A DNA stretch of 64,000 nucleotides, taken from the NCBI GenBank assembly GCA_963766715.1, contig CAVYBH010000008.1:96001-160000 (forward strand). Direction: 5' to 3'. The stretch comes from an uncultured delta proteobacterium (GTDB taxonomy: Bacteria > Myxococcota > Myxococcia > Myxococcales > Anaeromyxobacteraceae). The position numbers and the translations under genes were made by a program. The first letter of the stretch is position 1. Each line of letters starts with the position of its first letter. Shown here one piece after another: positions 32,993 to 43,917 of the stretch. The notes below the pieces were generated by a model. The model was not told the origin of the DNA, did not search any database, and saw only the letters and a program-made list of their open reading frames with translations.

Positions 32993-35900
32993 ATGCGGGC
33001 AGACACGCGCCGGCGGCGATCGACCCCTGATGTCGGGAGCAGACTCGACTTGGCCAAGAGCACTCGTTCCGGATCCGGCGAAGACTCGGGAGAGCGCGCC
33101 CCGTTGACGCCGTCCGGCGACCCGCGTGGGCCGCGAGGGACCGACGACTCGGCCGACGGCCGGTCGGAGCTCTTCGGCGAGCTGGCGCGCGCCACGGCGG
33201 ACGCCGGCGCCGGAGCGGGCGACGACCCGACGCGCCTCGCCCAGGCGTCGATGATGGCGGCCGCCGACGGCCGGTCCGCCCTCCTGCAGCAACTGGTCCG
33301 CGAGGCCGCGCCCGCCGGTGCGCCCGAGGACGAGCGGTCGCGCATCCTGGTCGAGGCGCTCGCGTCGATGATGGCCGGGGCCGAGGGCCGGTCCGCCCTC
33401 CTCGAGCACTTCGCCCGGGCCCCCGGGGCGGCGGGCGAGACGCCCGACATGACGCACCTCGCCGCCCATCCACGGACGGTGAATGCACCGGGCGCCGACG
33501 GACGGTCCGCGCTCCTCGAGCACCTGGTCCGGGCGCTCCCGGCGGACGGCGCGCCGGGAGCGGGTGCACCGGCCACCGTCGCCGACCTGGTGGCGAGCCT
33601 GCTGGCCGTGCCCGAGGGGCGCTCGGCGCTCCTGCAGCAGCTCGCGCGCGGCGGCGGGGCGGGAGGCGGGGCGCGGCCCCCGGCCGGACGGGGACCGTCG
33701 GCGGCGGCCGGGAAGGAGCTCGTCCCGGGGATGGTGGTGGGGCGGTTCGAGATGGTGAAGGAGATCGGGAGCGGAGGCTTCGGGGTGGTGTTCGAGGCCC
33801 GCGACCGGGACCTGGGCCGTTCGGTGGCCTTCAAGGCGGTTCGCCCCGGGGTGCGGACGCGCCAGCTCGACACGATGCTGCTCCAGGAGGCCGAGTCGGC
33901 GGCCCGGCTGCAGCACGAGAACATCGTCTCCATCTTCGACTACGGCCAGAGCGAGGCCGGCCCGTACCTGGTGCTCGAGCTCCTGAAGGGCGAGACGCTG
34001 TCGGCGCGCCTCGCGCGCGGGCCGATGCCGGTGAACGAGGTGGTGCACGTGGGCTCGGAGGTGGCGAGAGCACTCGCCCACGCGCACGGAGCGGGGCTGC
34101 TCCACCGGGACCTGAAGCCGGGGAACGTCTTCCTGACCGGGTCGGGCGGCGTGAAGGTGATGGACCTGGGGCTGGCCCACTTCTTCGGGCAGCCGACCGG
34201 CCTGTCCGGGACGCCGGCGTACATGGCGCCCGAGCAGTGGAAGGGCGAGGCCCAGGACGGGCGGACCGACGTCTTCGCACTTGGAGTGACGCTCTTCGAG
34301 ATGCTGGCGACGCGCCGGCCGTACGAGGTCCGCGCCGACCGGAGCACCGTGCTCGACCCCGGCCCCGAGCCGAAGCTGGGCGGGCCCGGCATCCCCCCGC
34401 GGCTGCGCAAGCTGGTCGAGCGCTGCATCGCCAAGGACCCGGCGAAGCGCCCCGCCAGCGCCCGCGCCGTGCAGGAGGAGCTGCTGGCGGTGGAGCGCGG
34501 CCTCGCCACGAAGGCAACCCGCAGGGGGCAGCTCTTCGTCGTGCTCGTCCTGGGCGGCGCGCTCACCGTGCTGGGCGTCGGAGGCGCGGCCGCCTGGAAG
34601 TTCTGGCCGCGCACCATCGCCAAGGGAGCGCCCCGCACGGTGCTGGTGGCCGACTTCGAGAACAAGACGGGCGAGGACATCTTCGACGGGACGCTCGAGC
34701 CGGCCATCGGCATCGCGCTCGAGGGCGCGCCCTTCATCACCACCTTCAAGCGCTCCGCCGCGCTGGGGACGGCGAACCGGCTCCAGCTCCAGGGCACCGG
34801 CCTCGGCGAGGCCAGGGCCCGCCTCATCGCGCAGCGGGAGGGGATCCACGTGGTGGTGGCCGGCGGGGCCGAGAAGTCCGGGAACGGCTACAAGGTCCGC
34901 GCGAGGGCCATCGACGGCTTCACGGGCAAGTCCATCGCCGAGCGCACCGAGGAGGTGCCCGGGAAGGAGGCCATCCTCTCGGCGGCCAACAAGCTCGCCG
35001 TCCACGTCCGAACCGCCCTCGGCGACACCAAGCCCGAGGCGGTCCAGCTGAAGGAGGCCGAGACCTTCAGCGCCGCGTCCCTCGAGGCCGCCCACGAGTA
35101 CGCGCTCGGCATGAAGCTCGCGAGCGAGGGGCAATCGGCGGACGCGAAGAAGCACTACGCGGAGGCCGTTCGCCTCGACCCGGGCATGGGCCGGGCGCAG
35201 AGCGGGCTCGCGGTGCTCGAGTTCAACGGCGGCCACCACGCCGAGGCGGATCGGTACTTCCAGGCCGCCATGTCGAACCTGGGCCGGATGAGCGACCGCG
35301 AGAAGCTCCGCACGCGCGGCGTGTACTACGGCTTCAAGCGCGACGCCGACCAGGCGGTGACCGCCAACCAGGCCCTGGTGAAGGAGTTCCCCGCCGACAC
35401 CGCAGGCTGGGCCAACCTGGGGTTTGCGTACCAGCTGAAGCGGGACTTCCCGAACGCCATCCAGGCCTCGCGCCGCGCGGTCGAGATCTACCCGCGCAAC
35501 GTTCCCCAGCTGAGCAACGTGGGGCTCTTCGAGATGTACGCGGGCAACGCCGACGAGGCCGGTCGCGTCCACCGCCAGGTCCTGGAGATCAATCCCTCCT
35601 TCGTGAACAGCCTGGTGGGCCTGGCGCTGGCGCAGTTCGCGGCGGGCCATCGCGACGAGTCGCTCGCGACCTGGACCCGGCTCCAGGCGACCGACGGCGA
35701 GGGCGCGTCGAAGGCCGCCGAGGGTCTGGCCGACCTCGCGTACCACGACGGGCGGCTCTCCGAGGCGCGGGAAATCCTCGAGAAGGGCGTGGCGGTCGAT
35801 CTCGCCGAGGGGGACGGGGACTCGGCGGCACGGAAGATGGCCTCGCTCGCGTCCGTCCACCTGGCGACCGGCCAGCCGAAGAAGGCCACGGCCACCGCCG

Positions 35901-36445
35901 AGCAGGCGCTCAAGAAGAGCCAGCAGGACTACGTGATCTTCGCCGCGGCCCGGACGCTCGCCGAGGCGGGCGAGTCGAAGCGCGCGCTGGCGCTGGCCGA
36001 CGAGCTCGACCGGCAGGTGGCGGCCGAGTCGCGCATGTACGCCGAGATGGTCCGGGCCTCGGTGGCGCTGAAGGCCGGTTCCGCGGCCGAGGCGGTGGTC
36101 CGCTCCCGAAGCGCGGTGAAGCTCGTCGATTCCTGGCTCGCCCGGCTCTCGCTGGCGCGGGCCTACGTGGAGGCAGGGTCCTACCCGGAGGCGCTCGACG
36201 AGCTGGAGAAGCTGGAGAAGCGGCGCGGCGAGGGGACCGACGTCTACCTGGACATCGTCCCCACCGTCCGGTTCCTCCCCGCCCTCCCCTACCTCGGCGC
36301 GCGGGCGAAGGAAGGCGTGAAGGATCCGAAGGCGGCCGACGCCTACCGCGCCTTCCTGGCCTTGAAGAAGGGCAGCGAGGACCCGCTGGCGGTCGACGCG
36401 GTTCGCCGGCTGGCGAAGCTGGACGCGGGCGCTCCGCGGCCCTGA
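32993..36445 (+). CDS. Ser/Thr protein kinase with N-terminal repeats, TM segment and TPR-rich region
   Basis: GSGGFG, VAFK, HRDLKPGN, DLG, GTPAYMAPE, TM, VADFENKTG, TPR-like helices; start uncertain. Confidence 0.9.
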   Translation: MRADTRRRRSTPDVGSRLDLAKSTRSGSGEDSGERAPLTPSGDPRGPRGTDDSADGRSELFGELARATADAGAGAGDDPTRLAQASMMAAADGRSALLQQLVREAAPAGAPEDERSRILVEALASMMAGAEGRSALLEHFARAPGAAGETPDMTHLAAHPRTVNAPGADGRSALLEHLVRALPADGAPGAGAPATVADLVASLLAVPEGRSALLQQLARGGGAGGGARPPAGRGPSAAAGKELVPGMVVGRFEMVKEIGSGGFGVVFEARDRDLGRSVAFKAVRPGVRTRQLDTMLLQEAESAARLQHENIVSIFDYGQSEAGPYLVLELLKGETLSARLARGPMPVNEVVHVGSEVARALAHAHGAGLLHRDLKPGNVFLTGSGGVKVMDLGLAHFFGQPTGLSGTPAYMAPEQWKGEAQDGRTDVFALGVTLFEMLATRRPYEVRADRSTVLDPGPEPKLGGPGIPPRLRKLVERCIAKDPAKRPASARAVQEELLAVERGLATKATRRGQLFVVLVLGGALTVLGVGGAAAWKFWPRTIAKGAPRTVLVADFENKTGEDIFDGTLEPAIGIALEGAPFITTFKRSAALGTANRLQLQGTGLGEARARLIAQREGIHVVVAGGAEKSGNGYKVRARAIDGFTGKSIAERTEEVPGKEAILSAANKLAVHVRTALGDTKPEAVQLKEAETFSAASLEAAHEYALGMKLASEGQSADAKKHYAEAVRLDPGMGRAQSGLAVLEFNGGHHAEADRYFQAAMSNLGRMSDREKLRTRGVYYGFKRDADQAVTANQALVKEFPADTAGWANLGFAYQLKRDFPNAIQASRRAVEIYPRNVPQLSNVGLFEMYAGNADEAGRVHRQVLEINPSFVNSLVGLALAQFAAGHRDESLATWTRLQATDGEGASKAAEGLADLAYHDGRLSEAREILEKGVAVDLAEGDGDSAARKMASLASVHLATGQPKKATATAEQALKKSQQDYVIFAAARTLAEAGESKRALALADELDRQVAAESRMYAEMVRASVALKAGSAAEAVVRSRSAVKLVDSWLARLSLARAYVEAGSYPEALDELEKLEKRRGEGTDVYLDIVPTVRFLPALPYLGARAKEGVKDPKAADAYRAFLALKKGSEDPLAVDAVRRLAKLDAGAPRP

Positions 36446-36469
36446 GCGGTCACGAACGGGTGGCGGCCG

Positions 36470-38038
36470 TCAATGAGGGGCCCCTGCCGGCGCCTTCTCG
36501 TGGCCAGCCTCGGGGGCGCCCTTGGCGTGCTTGACCCCGTGCCGGTGATCCCACGGGCGCAGGATGGCGAGCGCCGCGATGCCCGTCCCGACGGCGAGGA
36601 TACCCGCCGTCCACCGCAGGGCGGGCTCGTGGATGTGGGGAAGCTCGATCACGAAGAACTTCACCAGCTCGGCGGCGTAGGCCACCACGATGAAGACCTC
36701 GATCCAGACCAGCGCCATGTGGATGCGGTGCGAGCTCTCCTGCGACTCGGCGGCCCCGCGCGCGATGTCCCGCTGGGCCTCCGCGATCTCCATCTGCTGG
36801 TGGGCCGAGAGCTGCGCCTCCAGGTCGCCGAGCGCGCTGCGCACCTGCTCCAGGTTGCGGTCGAGGTCCACCGCCTCCTGGCACATCCGGTAGTAGCGGT
36901 GCAGCGAGTAGCGGACGCTCACCTCGGGGAGAGCCCCGGCCAGCGCGAAGGCGAGCACGTCCGAGCGCAGCCGGGAGACCGGCGCCCGCTTCACGTCCTC
37001 CCGGAGCACCATCTCGGTGGCCTCCTCGGCCGCCTTCTTGATGGCGCACCGCTGCAGGAGCGCGGTGAGGTAGGGCACGAAGTAGCGGTCGCGCGCCTCG
37101 GCCAAGGTGTCCTCGCCCAGCGTGTGCGTCTCGCGGGCGCCGAGCAGGTGGGCCGCTCCCTGGAGGCTCGCCGCCGTCCAGTGGTTCGACCCGACGAAGA
37201 GGTTCGGCACCCCGAGCTCGCTCCGCCCCGGCGCCGGCCGGAACCCGGCGTGGACCTGCGCGAGCGACGACAGGAAGGGGCCCGTCCAGGCCCTCGCCTC
37301 CGGCGCGCCGATCTCGACCTCGGGAGGGAGCGCCACGACCGAGTAGGCGCCGAGCGATTCCTGGATGGGCGCGATCCCCATGCCCCGCAGCGGCTCGAGC
37401 AGCTGGGCCAGCAGCTCGGTGAGCGAGAACCGGGCGCCCGGCTTCCCCAGCCGGTCGCCGAGCGGCACGGCGCTGGAGTGCGGCTCCGGCGCCGCGGCCG
37501 GATCCGCCCCCTCGGGGCGCGGCACCGACAGCCACGGCGCTCGCTCGCCGGGCCGGGTCAGGATGGAGAGGCGCCGGTTCAGCTCGAGGATGGAGGCCAG
37601 CTCCACGTCGGCGCCGAGGTCGAACGTCAGGGAGAGGACGCCCGCCCCGTGCGCGGTCAGGAACAGCTCGACGCCGGTCGTGGGCGCGAGGCCGACGCGG
37701 GCGATGCGCGAGCCCAGGTCCACGTCGAGGGCTCCGAGCCACCGGCGGATCCGCTCGCCGGAGGCGTGCAGGTAGGCGCCCTCCACCGTTCCCTTCTCCC
37801 CGTGGGAGAAGAGGAAGCGGTCGAGCTGCCCGGTCATCTCCAGCCGGTAGCGGTAGAGCTTTCGCGGCGGCTCCCTCGTCCAGAGACCGCGGGCGATCCC
37901 GGTCGAGGCCGACTCCAGCGCCAGCGCCGCGCGGTCGGCGGCGCGCCGCTCGAAGAGGAAGGGCAGGAGCAGGCGCGTCTGCGCCGAGACGGCGCGGGGG
38001 AGCGGCGCTGCGACCGTCGGTGAGGCGGTGACGTCCAT
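36470..38038 (-). CDS. Hypothetical protein with C-terminal coiled coil and two TM helices
   Basis: Intact ORF with coding-like composition; two C-terminal hydrophobic segments. Confidence 0.7.
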   Translation of the reverse strand: MDVTASPTVAAPLPRAVSAQTRLLLPFLFERRAADRAALALESASTGIARGLWTREPPRKLYRYRLEMTGQLDRFLFSHGEKGTVEGAYLHASGERIRRWLGALDVDLGSRIARVGLAPTTGVELFLTAHGAGVLSLTFDLGADVELASILELNRRLSILTRPGERAPWLSVPRPEGADPAAAPEPHSSAVPLGDRLGKPGARFSLTELLAQLLEPLRGMGIAPIQESLGAYSVVALPPEVEIGAPEARAWTGPFLSSLAQVHAGFRPAPGRSELGVPNLFVGSNHWTAASLQGAAHLLGARETHTLGEDTLAEARDRYFVPYLTALLQRCAIKKAAEEATEMVLREDVKRAPVSRLRSDVLAFALAGALPEVSVRYSLHRYYRMCQEAVDLDRNLEQVRSALGDLEAQLSAHQQMEIAEAQRDIARGAAESQESSHRIHMALVWIEVFIVVAYAAELVKFFVIELPHIHEPALRWTAGILAVGTGIAALAILRPWDHRHGVKHAKGAPEAGHEKAPAGAPH

Positions 38039-38126
38039 GGGGGGCCCTCGGAGGAGGGGCCATGCTACCGGAGCGCGCGGTCGGGATTCCAGGGGCCCAC
38101 GGGCGGAACCGGGCATAATCACGGAC

Positions 38127-39277
38127 GTGGCGAACCCTTCTCCCCTCGACCCGCCGGCCAGTCCCCTCGTCCCGCTGCCGTTCGAGGGCGCGCCGCGCTC
38201 GCGCGTCCTGGCTCTCCGCCACGTCGACGGCGCCGAGGCGGGTGGGGCTCGCCGACGACCGGACGACCGCGGACGACGCGCTGCGGCGCATCCGGGCCGG
38301 GGAGTCGCTCCTCTACGGGGGCGACTTCCAGAACGCCCGCCAGCTTCTCGCCGCGCTGGGGCGGAGGCTCTCGCCTCGCTCCTCCTCCCGCGAGGCCATG
38401 CCGGAGGCGTTCCGGCGCGAGCGACACCGGCGCCGGGAGGCCCACCTGCTCCTCAACCGGCTGCTCGTGCCGGTGGCGCCCGGCTGGCGCATCCCGCTCT
38501 CCCGCGCGCCGGACGTGGCGGAGGCGCTCGCCGAGGCCCTCGGCCCGGCTCCGGAGGGCGAGGGGCTCCTGCCCCTGCGGGAGGTGCTCGGGGCCATCGG
38601 TGCGCGGGAGTGGCGCAGGAGCGGCGTCCCCGTCCCGGCGCTCTCCGCCCGCGTGCATCCGCACCACGGCGTGTTCGCCCCGATCCGCGGCGAGTACGCG
38701 GCGCTGGTCGACTCCGCCCTGGCCGGCCGCGACCTGTCCGGCAAGCTGGTCTTCGACGTCGGGACCGGGACCGGCGTGCTCGCCTTCCTGGCGGCGCGGC
38801 GGGGCGCCCGCGTCGTCGCGACGGACAGTGAACCGCGGGCGGTGGCCTGCGCCCGGGAGAACGCCGCCCGGCTCGGCCTGGACGCGCAGGTCGAGGTGCG
38901 GGAGGCCGACCTCTTCCCGGAGGGGCAGGCCGACCTCGTCCTCTGCAACCCGCCCTGGGTCCCGGCCGACGCGCACACGCCGCTCGAGCGGGCGGTGTAC
39001 GACCCGGGCGGACGGTTCCTCTCGGCCTTCCTCGCCGGGTCTGCCGTCCCACCTGGCGCCCGGGGGCGAGGCCCTGCTCGTGATCTCCGACCTGGCCGTG
39101 CGGCTCGGGCTGCGGCCGGCCGGACACCTGGAATCGGCCTTCGCTGCGGCGGGGCTCGAGCGGGTCGCCGTGCACTCGGCTCCGCCCTCCCATCCGCGCG
39201 CGCGGGACGAGGACGACCCGCTCCACGCGGCGAGGGCCGGCGAGATCACCTCGGTCCACGTGCTGCGGCGGTCGTGA
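38127..39277 (+). CDS. Class I SAM-dependent methyltransferase (HemK/MTS-like; frameshifted)
   Basis: HGVFAPIRGEY, FDVGTGTG, CNPPW. Confidence 0.88.
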
Positions 39278-39279
39278 GG

Positions 39280-39489
39280 CTACCGGCCCGGGTGGACCCG
39301 CAGCAGGAGCGCCCGGAAGTGCGGGTCGCTCGCGCTCGGCCAGGTCTCGCCGCGGTGGACGTGCTCCAGCACGTCGGGCGGCGGCCGCGCCGCGCCCGTC
39401 CGCCGCTCGTATTCACTGCACGTGAGACAGAGACCGTGACGGATCAACTCGGGCGCGGTGACCCAGCCGCAGTTCACGCACGAGACCAT
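39280..39489 (-). CDS. Small CxxC...CxxC protein
   Basis: CVNC-x13-CLTC; G-rich SD before ATG. Confidence 0.5.
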   Translation of the reverse strand: MVSCVNCGWVTAPELIRHGLCLTCSEYERRTGAARPPPDVLEHVHRGETWPSASDPHFRALLLRVHPGR

Positions 39490-39628
39490 CGAGAAACCCC
39501 CCTGCCATGACGTCATGGTACGCGCCGGCGTTTCCCCGGGATCGGCCAGATCGGGCTCCCCGGGAGGCACTAGGCGATCCGGCGGCGCCCCTGCTGCGAC
39601 GCGTCGCGGTGTGATACGCATTTCGAGC

Positions 39629-40937
39629 ATGGGACACCTCGGCCGGCTCAAGGAGGAGTACCGCGATTCTGGTCACGCGGCTCGACGCCGGAACGGTCGC
39701 GCTCCCGGAGCCCACCGATCCCCAGGCGTGGGCGGGCTGGAAGGAGATCCTGGAGATCCTCTACACGCCGGAGGAGGCCGCGCTCGCCGCCCGGATGCCC
39801 GTCCGGCCGGTCTCGCTCCCGAAGCTGGCCCGGCGGCTCGGCGTGCCGGAGGCCGAGCTCGAGCCCCGCCTCGACGCCATGTGCGACAAGGGCGTGGTGA
39901 TGGACCTGGTCCACCCCCGCACCGGGCACCGGTCGTACCTGCTCTCGCCGCCGGTGGTGGGCTTCTTCGAGTACTCGCTCATGCGCGCGCACGACGGCAT
40001 CCCCAAGAAGCGGATGGCCGAGGCGCTGCGCGCCTATACCCACGGTGACGAGGCCTTCGCCCGCGAGGCGCTGGGGCGCGACACGGTGGTGGGGCGCGCG
40101 CTGGTCCACGAGCCCGCCATCTCCGACGACCCGCTCCCCGACGTGCTCGACTGGGAGCGGGCCACCCACGTGATCGGCGAGGCCCGGGCCTGGGCGGTCT
40201 CGCTCTGCTACTGCCGCCACAAGATGGAGCACCTCGGCGAGGCCTGCGGGGCGCCGGTCGACGTGTGCCTGACCCTCAACGCGGGCGCCGACTTCGTGGT
40301 GCGCCGCGGCTTCGGACGCGCCGTGGAGCGGGCGGAGGCCCTCGACGTCCTGGCGGCCTCGCGGGCGCAGGGTCTCGTGCAGATCGCCGACAACGTCCAG
40401 GACCGGCCCACCTTCGTGTGCAACTGCTGCGGCTGCTGCTGCGAGCAGCTCCAGGCCGCCAACCGCTGGGGGCTCCGCGCGGTGAACGGCAGCGGCTTCG
40501 CGCCCCGCAGCGACGCCGCCCGCTGCTCGGGCTGCTCCCGCTGCGCGCGCGCCTGCCCGGTGGCGGCCATCGAGATGGTCCCCTCGCGACGCGCTGCCGA
40601 CCGGAAGAACGCGCTCGCGCCTCGCGTCGACGAGGCGCGCTGCATCGGCTGCGGGGTCTGCGCCACCGCCTGCCACAAGGACGCGATGCGGATGGAGCGC
40701 GGCGGGGAGCGCCGGCCGGTGCCCGGGAACCCGGTGGAGAAGGCGGTCCGCCAGGCGCTCGAGCGCAACCGGCTGGCGGAGCTGCTCTTCGACGGGGGCG
40801 AGGGGCTCGGCAACCGCTTCCTCCGGCAGGCGACGAAGGCCATCACCGCCCTGCCGCCGGCCCAGCGGCTGCTCGCCACCGAGCAGGTCCGGTCCCGCTT
40901 CGTCCGGGCCGCGACCGCCCGCTTCCGCGGCGGTTGA
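39629..40937 (+). CDS. 4Fe-4S dicluster domain protein
   Basis: CYCR, CNCCGCCC, CSGCSRCARACP, CIGCGVCATAC; N-terminal indel. Confidence 0.88.
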
Positions 40938-41070
40938 GGCGCGCGCTCGCTGCGCTGACCGGCACGTTCCACCAGGGACGGCGTCAGCGTTCGCTGGCCC
41001 CCGATCGAGCCCGGCGAGGCGAGGGAGCGCCGCTATTCGTGCGGCCACGGGGGGAGCCAAGGAGCCGAAC

Positions 41071-41520
41071 ATGGCGACCGTCGAGAAGAAGCAGGCGAGC
41101 CTCTCCAGCATCCGCGAGGAGATCAAGCAGACGTTCGGGAAGGTCCCGGCCTGGGTGGACGAGATGCCGCCCAGCGCGCTCGAGGGCTTCTGGACCACGA
41201 TGCGGGACTTCCAGCTGGCGGAGACCCGCATCCCGAACAAGTACAAGGAGCTCATCGGACTGGCCGTGTCCGGGGCCACCCGCTGCCGGTACTGCACGCT
41301 CTTCCACACCGAGGCCGCGAAGCTGTTCGGCGCGACCGACGAGGAGATCCGGGAGGCGGCGTCGATGGCGGCCCACACCATGTCCGCGTCGACCTTCGTG
41401 AACACGGTGCAGGTGGACTACGACGCGTTCCGGAAGGAGACGCTCGACGCCATCTCCCACGTCCGGAGCCACATGCCCGGGCCCCAGGCCTCCTCGGGTT
41501 CCTCCCGCGCCCACGCCTGA
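41071..41520 (+). CDS. Carboxymuconolactone decarboxylase/AhpD-family protein
   Basis: KYKELIGLAVS..TRCRYC..FH...GATDEEI. Confidence 0.9.
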   Translation: MATVEKKQASLSSIREEIKQTFGKVPAWVDEMPPSALEGFWTTMRDFQLAETRIPNKYKELIGLAVSGATRCRYCTLFHTEAAKLFGATDEEIREAASMAAHTMSASTFVNTVQVDYDAFRKETLDAISHVRSHMPGPQASSGSSRAHA

Positions 41521-41583
41521 GTCGCACCCAATCCCGTGGCCCCCGCCGTGGCGGGCGGGGGTAACATGGGGCGAGGTTCCTCC

Positions 41584-42342
41584 ATGAAGAGACCCGCCTT
41601 GCCGCTCGTCGTCTCCGCGCTGCTCGCCGCGGCTTGCGCGCCAGCGGTCCCGCTCTCCCGCGACGAGGCGGCGCGCCTCGCGTCCGCGCCGCCGATCGCG
41701 GTCCTGTCCGTGCATGCCCCGCCGCCCTGGGTCGACTGCCCGAACGACGAGGGGCAGAAGACCTGGGAGTACCCCGGCTCGGCGCGCGGGGACGACGCCG
41801 GCGGGTCCTCGCTGGTGAGGCTGGCCTCCGCGCCATCGCCGTCCGTCCCGGTGCTGCGCGCGAGCGGCATCTGGCAGTCCATCCAGGATCAGTGGACCGA
41901 GCCGCTCCAGGTCCCGCCCGTCGATCCCGCCGCCGCCACCGCGGCCCAGCTGCTCGCCCGGACGAAGGCCGCCGACGTCCGCCTCCCGCTCTCCGGGGCG
42001 GCCGAGGAGGTCCGGAAGCTCGACCGCACCGCGCTCCGGACCCGCTTCGGCGAGTCGCCGGTGCTCGTGGTCGAGGCGGTCCGGTGGGTGCTGGTGGGGT
42101 GCTTCTTCACCTACCAGCCCTGGTTCGAGGTGCGGGCGACGCTCCTGCGTCCGTCCACCGGCGAGGTCCTCTGGCGGGACACCTGCGACGACGGCGTCTA
42201 CCCGGGCGGCTCGCCGGCGCCGGCCTCGCGCGACGAGCTGACGGCCGGGAACGGCGCGCTGTACGCGCGGATCATCCAGGATCGGGCGGCCGCCTGCGCG
42301 ACCCAGCTCGTCGCCGCCCTGTCCGGCGCCGGCCGGACCTGA
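41584..42342 (+). CDS. Hypothetical lipoprotein
   Basis: MKRP...LAAAC lipobox. Confidence 0.7.
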   Translation: MKRPALPLVVSALLAAACAPAVPLSRDEAARLASAPPIAVLSVHAPPPWVDCPNDEGQKTWEYPGSARGDDAGGSSLVRLASAPSPSVPVLRASGIWQSIQDQWTEPLQVPPVDPAAATAAQLLARTKAADVRLPLSGAAEEVRKLDRTALRTRFGESPVLVVEAVRWVLVGCFFTYQPWFEVRATLLRPSTGEVLWRDTCDDGVYPGGSPAPASRDELTAGNGALYARIIQDRAAACATQLVAALSGAGRT

Positions 42343-42471
42343 CCATCGCCGCCGTCGATCCACATTTTACTTACAGGCTACTTTGGTGGCGGCCCGACAG
42401 AGCAGGGCGCGTTGCACGTGCAAGGACTAGAGGCCGCCCCGTTCCCGGGAGGGAGCGAGGGAGACCCACAC

Positions 42472-43917
42472 ATGGAGACGTTCGTCCGACTGCCGTTCCG
42501 CAGCCACCTCTTCCGTCGCTGGCTCTACGTCGTCGCCGCCATGGCCCTGGGGGCCTGCGGCATGTCCACTTCGGGTAACACCGCCGCGGTCCCGTCCCCG
42601 GTGTCATCCGAAGGGGCCCAGGGCAAGGGCGGAACGGCCGGTGCGGCCTCCGCCTCCGGGGGCGCGCAGGAGGCTCGCGACGACGAGGCGGGGCAGCGAT
42701 CCCGCGCGAGCCAGGGCCTCGCAATCTCGCCCGTGCCGCCCGACTTGAAGGGAAGGACGCCACGGGAGCGGACGCTCATCGGCCTGGGGAGCTACATCGT
42801 GAACGCGGCGAGCGATTGCGCCGGGTGCCACAGCGGACCGGCCGGATTCCTCTCCGGGGGGAATCGGTTCTTCCTCGGCAAGGACCTGCTCGGCGACGAC
42901 CAGTTCGTCTTCTCGCGCAACCTCACGCCCGACCCGACCACGGGCCTCGCCCTCACGCACGACCAGTTCGTGGAGGCCATCCGCACCGGCCGCGACTTCC
43001 ACGCCGGCGCGACGCGGATGCTCGTGGTGATGCCCTGGACCACGCTTCGCTGGTCGAGCGACGTCGACCTCGACGCCATCTACGCCTACCTGCGGGCCAT
43101 CCCGCCGGTCGTGAATGCCGTCCCGCCGGACGGGAAGGACGGACTTCCGCTGCCCGCCTCCGTCCCGTTCGACCCGACGACCTACGCGGACGGCGACGTG
43201 ACCCGGCCGCTGAAGGGCGCCAACCAGAGCTTCTCGTCCCACCGCGGCTACTCGATCTCGCCGGTCGCGCTCGACACCTCGAAGAGGGGCGTCCACGACG
43301 ACGAGGGGCAGGGGCGCAGCGTGGGCGTGGGGTCCTACATCGTCAACGCCACGGCCCATTGCAACGACTGCCACACCCACCCCGACCGCTCGGCGAACGG
43401 CTCCAAGGTGAACACGGCAGCGTTCCTCACCGGTGGAACCGTCTTCAACACGCCGCCGCCGCTCCAGCCGATCACGGGGTACGTCCGGGCGACGTCCGCC
43501 AACCTGGAGGGCGCCAGCCAGGGCTTCTTCCACGAGCCGGGCACGACCTACGCCCGGTTCCGGGAGATCATCCACACCGGCACGCTGGTGGACGCGCTTC
43601 CGCCGCGCCCGCTCGCCTTCCCCATGATGCTCGTGGCCCCGAACCTGGCCAAGCTCCTGGAGAGCGACCTGCGCGCCGTCTACGACTACGCGACGTCCAT
43701 TCCCGCGACGACCGGCGCCTCCGACGTCGCACGGCAGTCGCCGGCCCGCGGGTGCGCCACCGACGCCGGCTGCGGCAGCGGCGAGACCTGCGTCTCGGGC
43801 GAGTGCACCGGTTCTGCCTGCTCGGCCGACCTCGATTGCGGAACCTGCCAGGCGTGCGGCGGCGGCGCCTGCCAGGCAGCCGACCCCGCCTCGATCTGCG
43901 TGCTCACGGCGCAGTGA
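42472..43917 (+). CDS. Diheme c-type cytochrome lipoprotein with Cys-rich tail
   Basis: LGAC lipobox, CAGCH and CNDCH, SRNLTPD, MPW...AIYAYLR. Confidence 0.85.
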   Translation: METFVRLPFRSHLFRRWLYVVAAMALGACGMSTSGNTAAVPSPVSSEGAQGKGGTAGAASASGGAQEARDDEAGQRSRASQGLAISPVPPDLKGRTPRERTLIGLGSYIVNAASDCAGCHSGPAGFLSGGNRFFLGKDLLGDDQFVFSRNLTPDPTTGLALTHDQFVEAIRTGRDFHAGATRMLVVMPWTTLRWSSDVDLDAIYAYLRAIPPVVNAVPPDGKDGLPLPASVPFDPTTYADGDVTRPLKGANQSFSSHRGYSISPVALDTSKRGVHDDEGQGRSVGVGSYIVNATAHCNDCHTHPDRSANGSKVNTAAFLTGGTVFNTPPPLQPITGYVRATSANLEGASQGFFHEPGTTYARFREIIHTGTLVDALPPRPLAFPMMLVAPNLAKLLESDLRAVYDYATSIPATTGASDVARQSPARGCATDAGCGSGETCVSGECTGSACSADLDCGTCQACGGGACQAADPASICVLTAQ

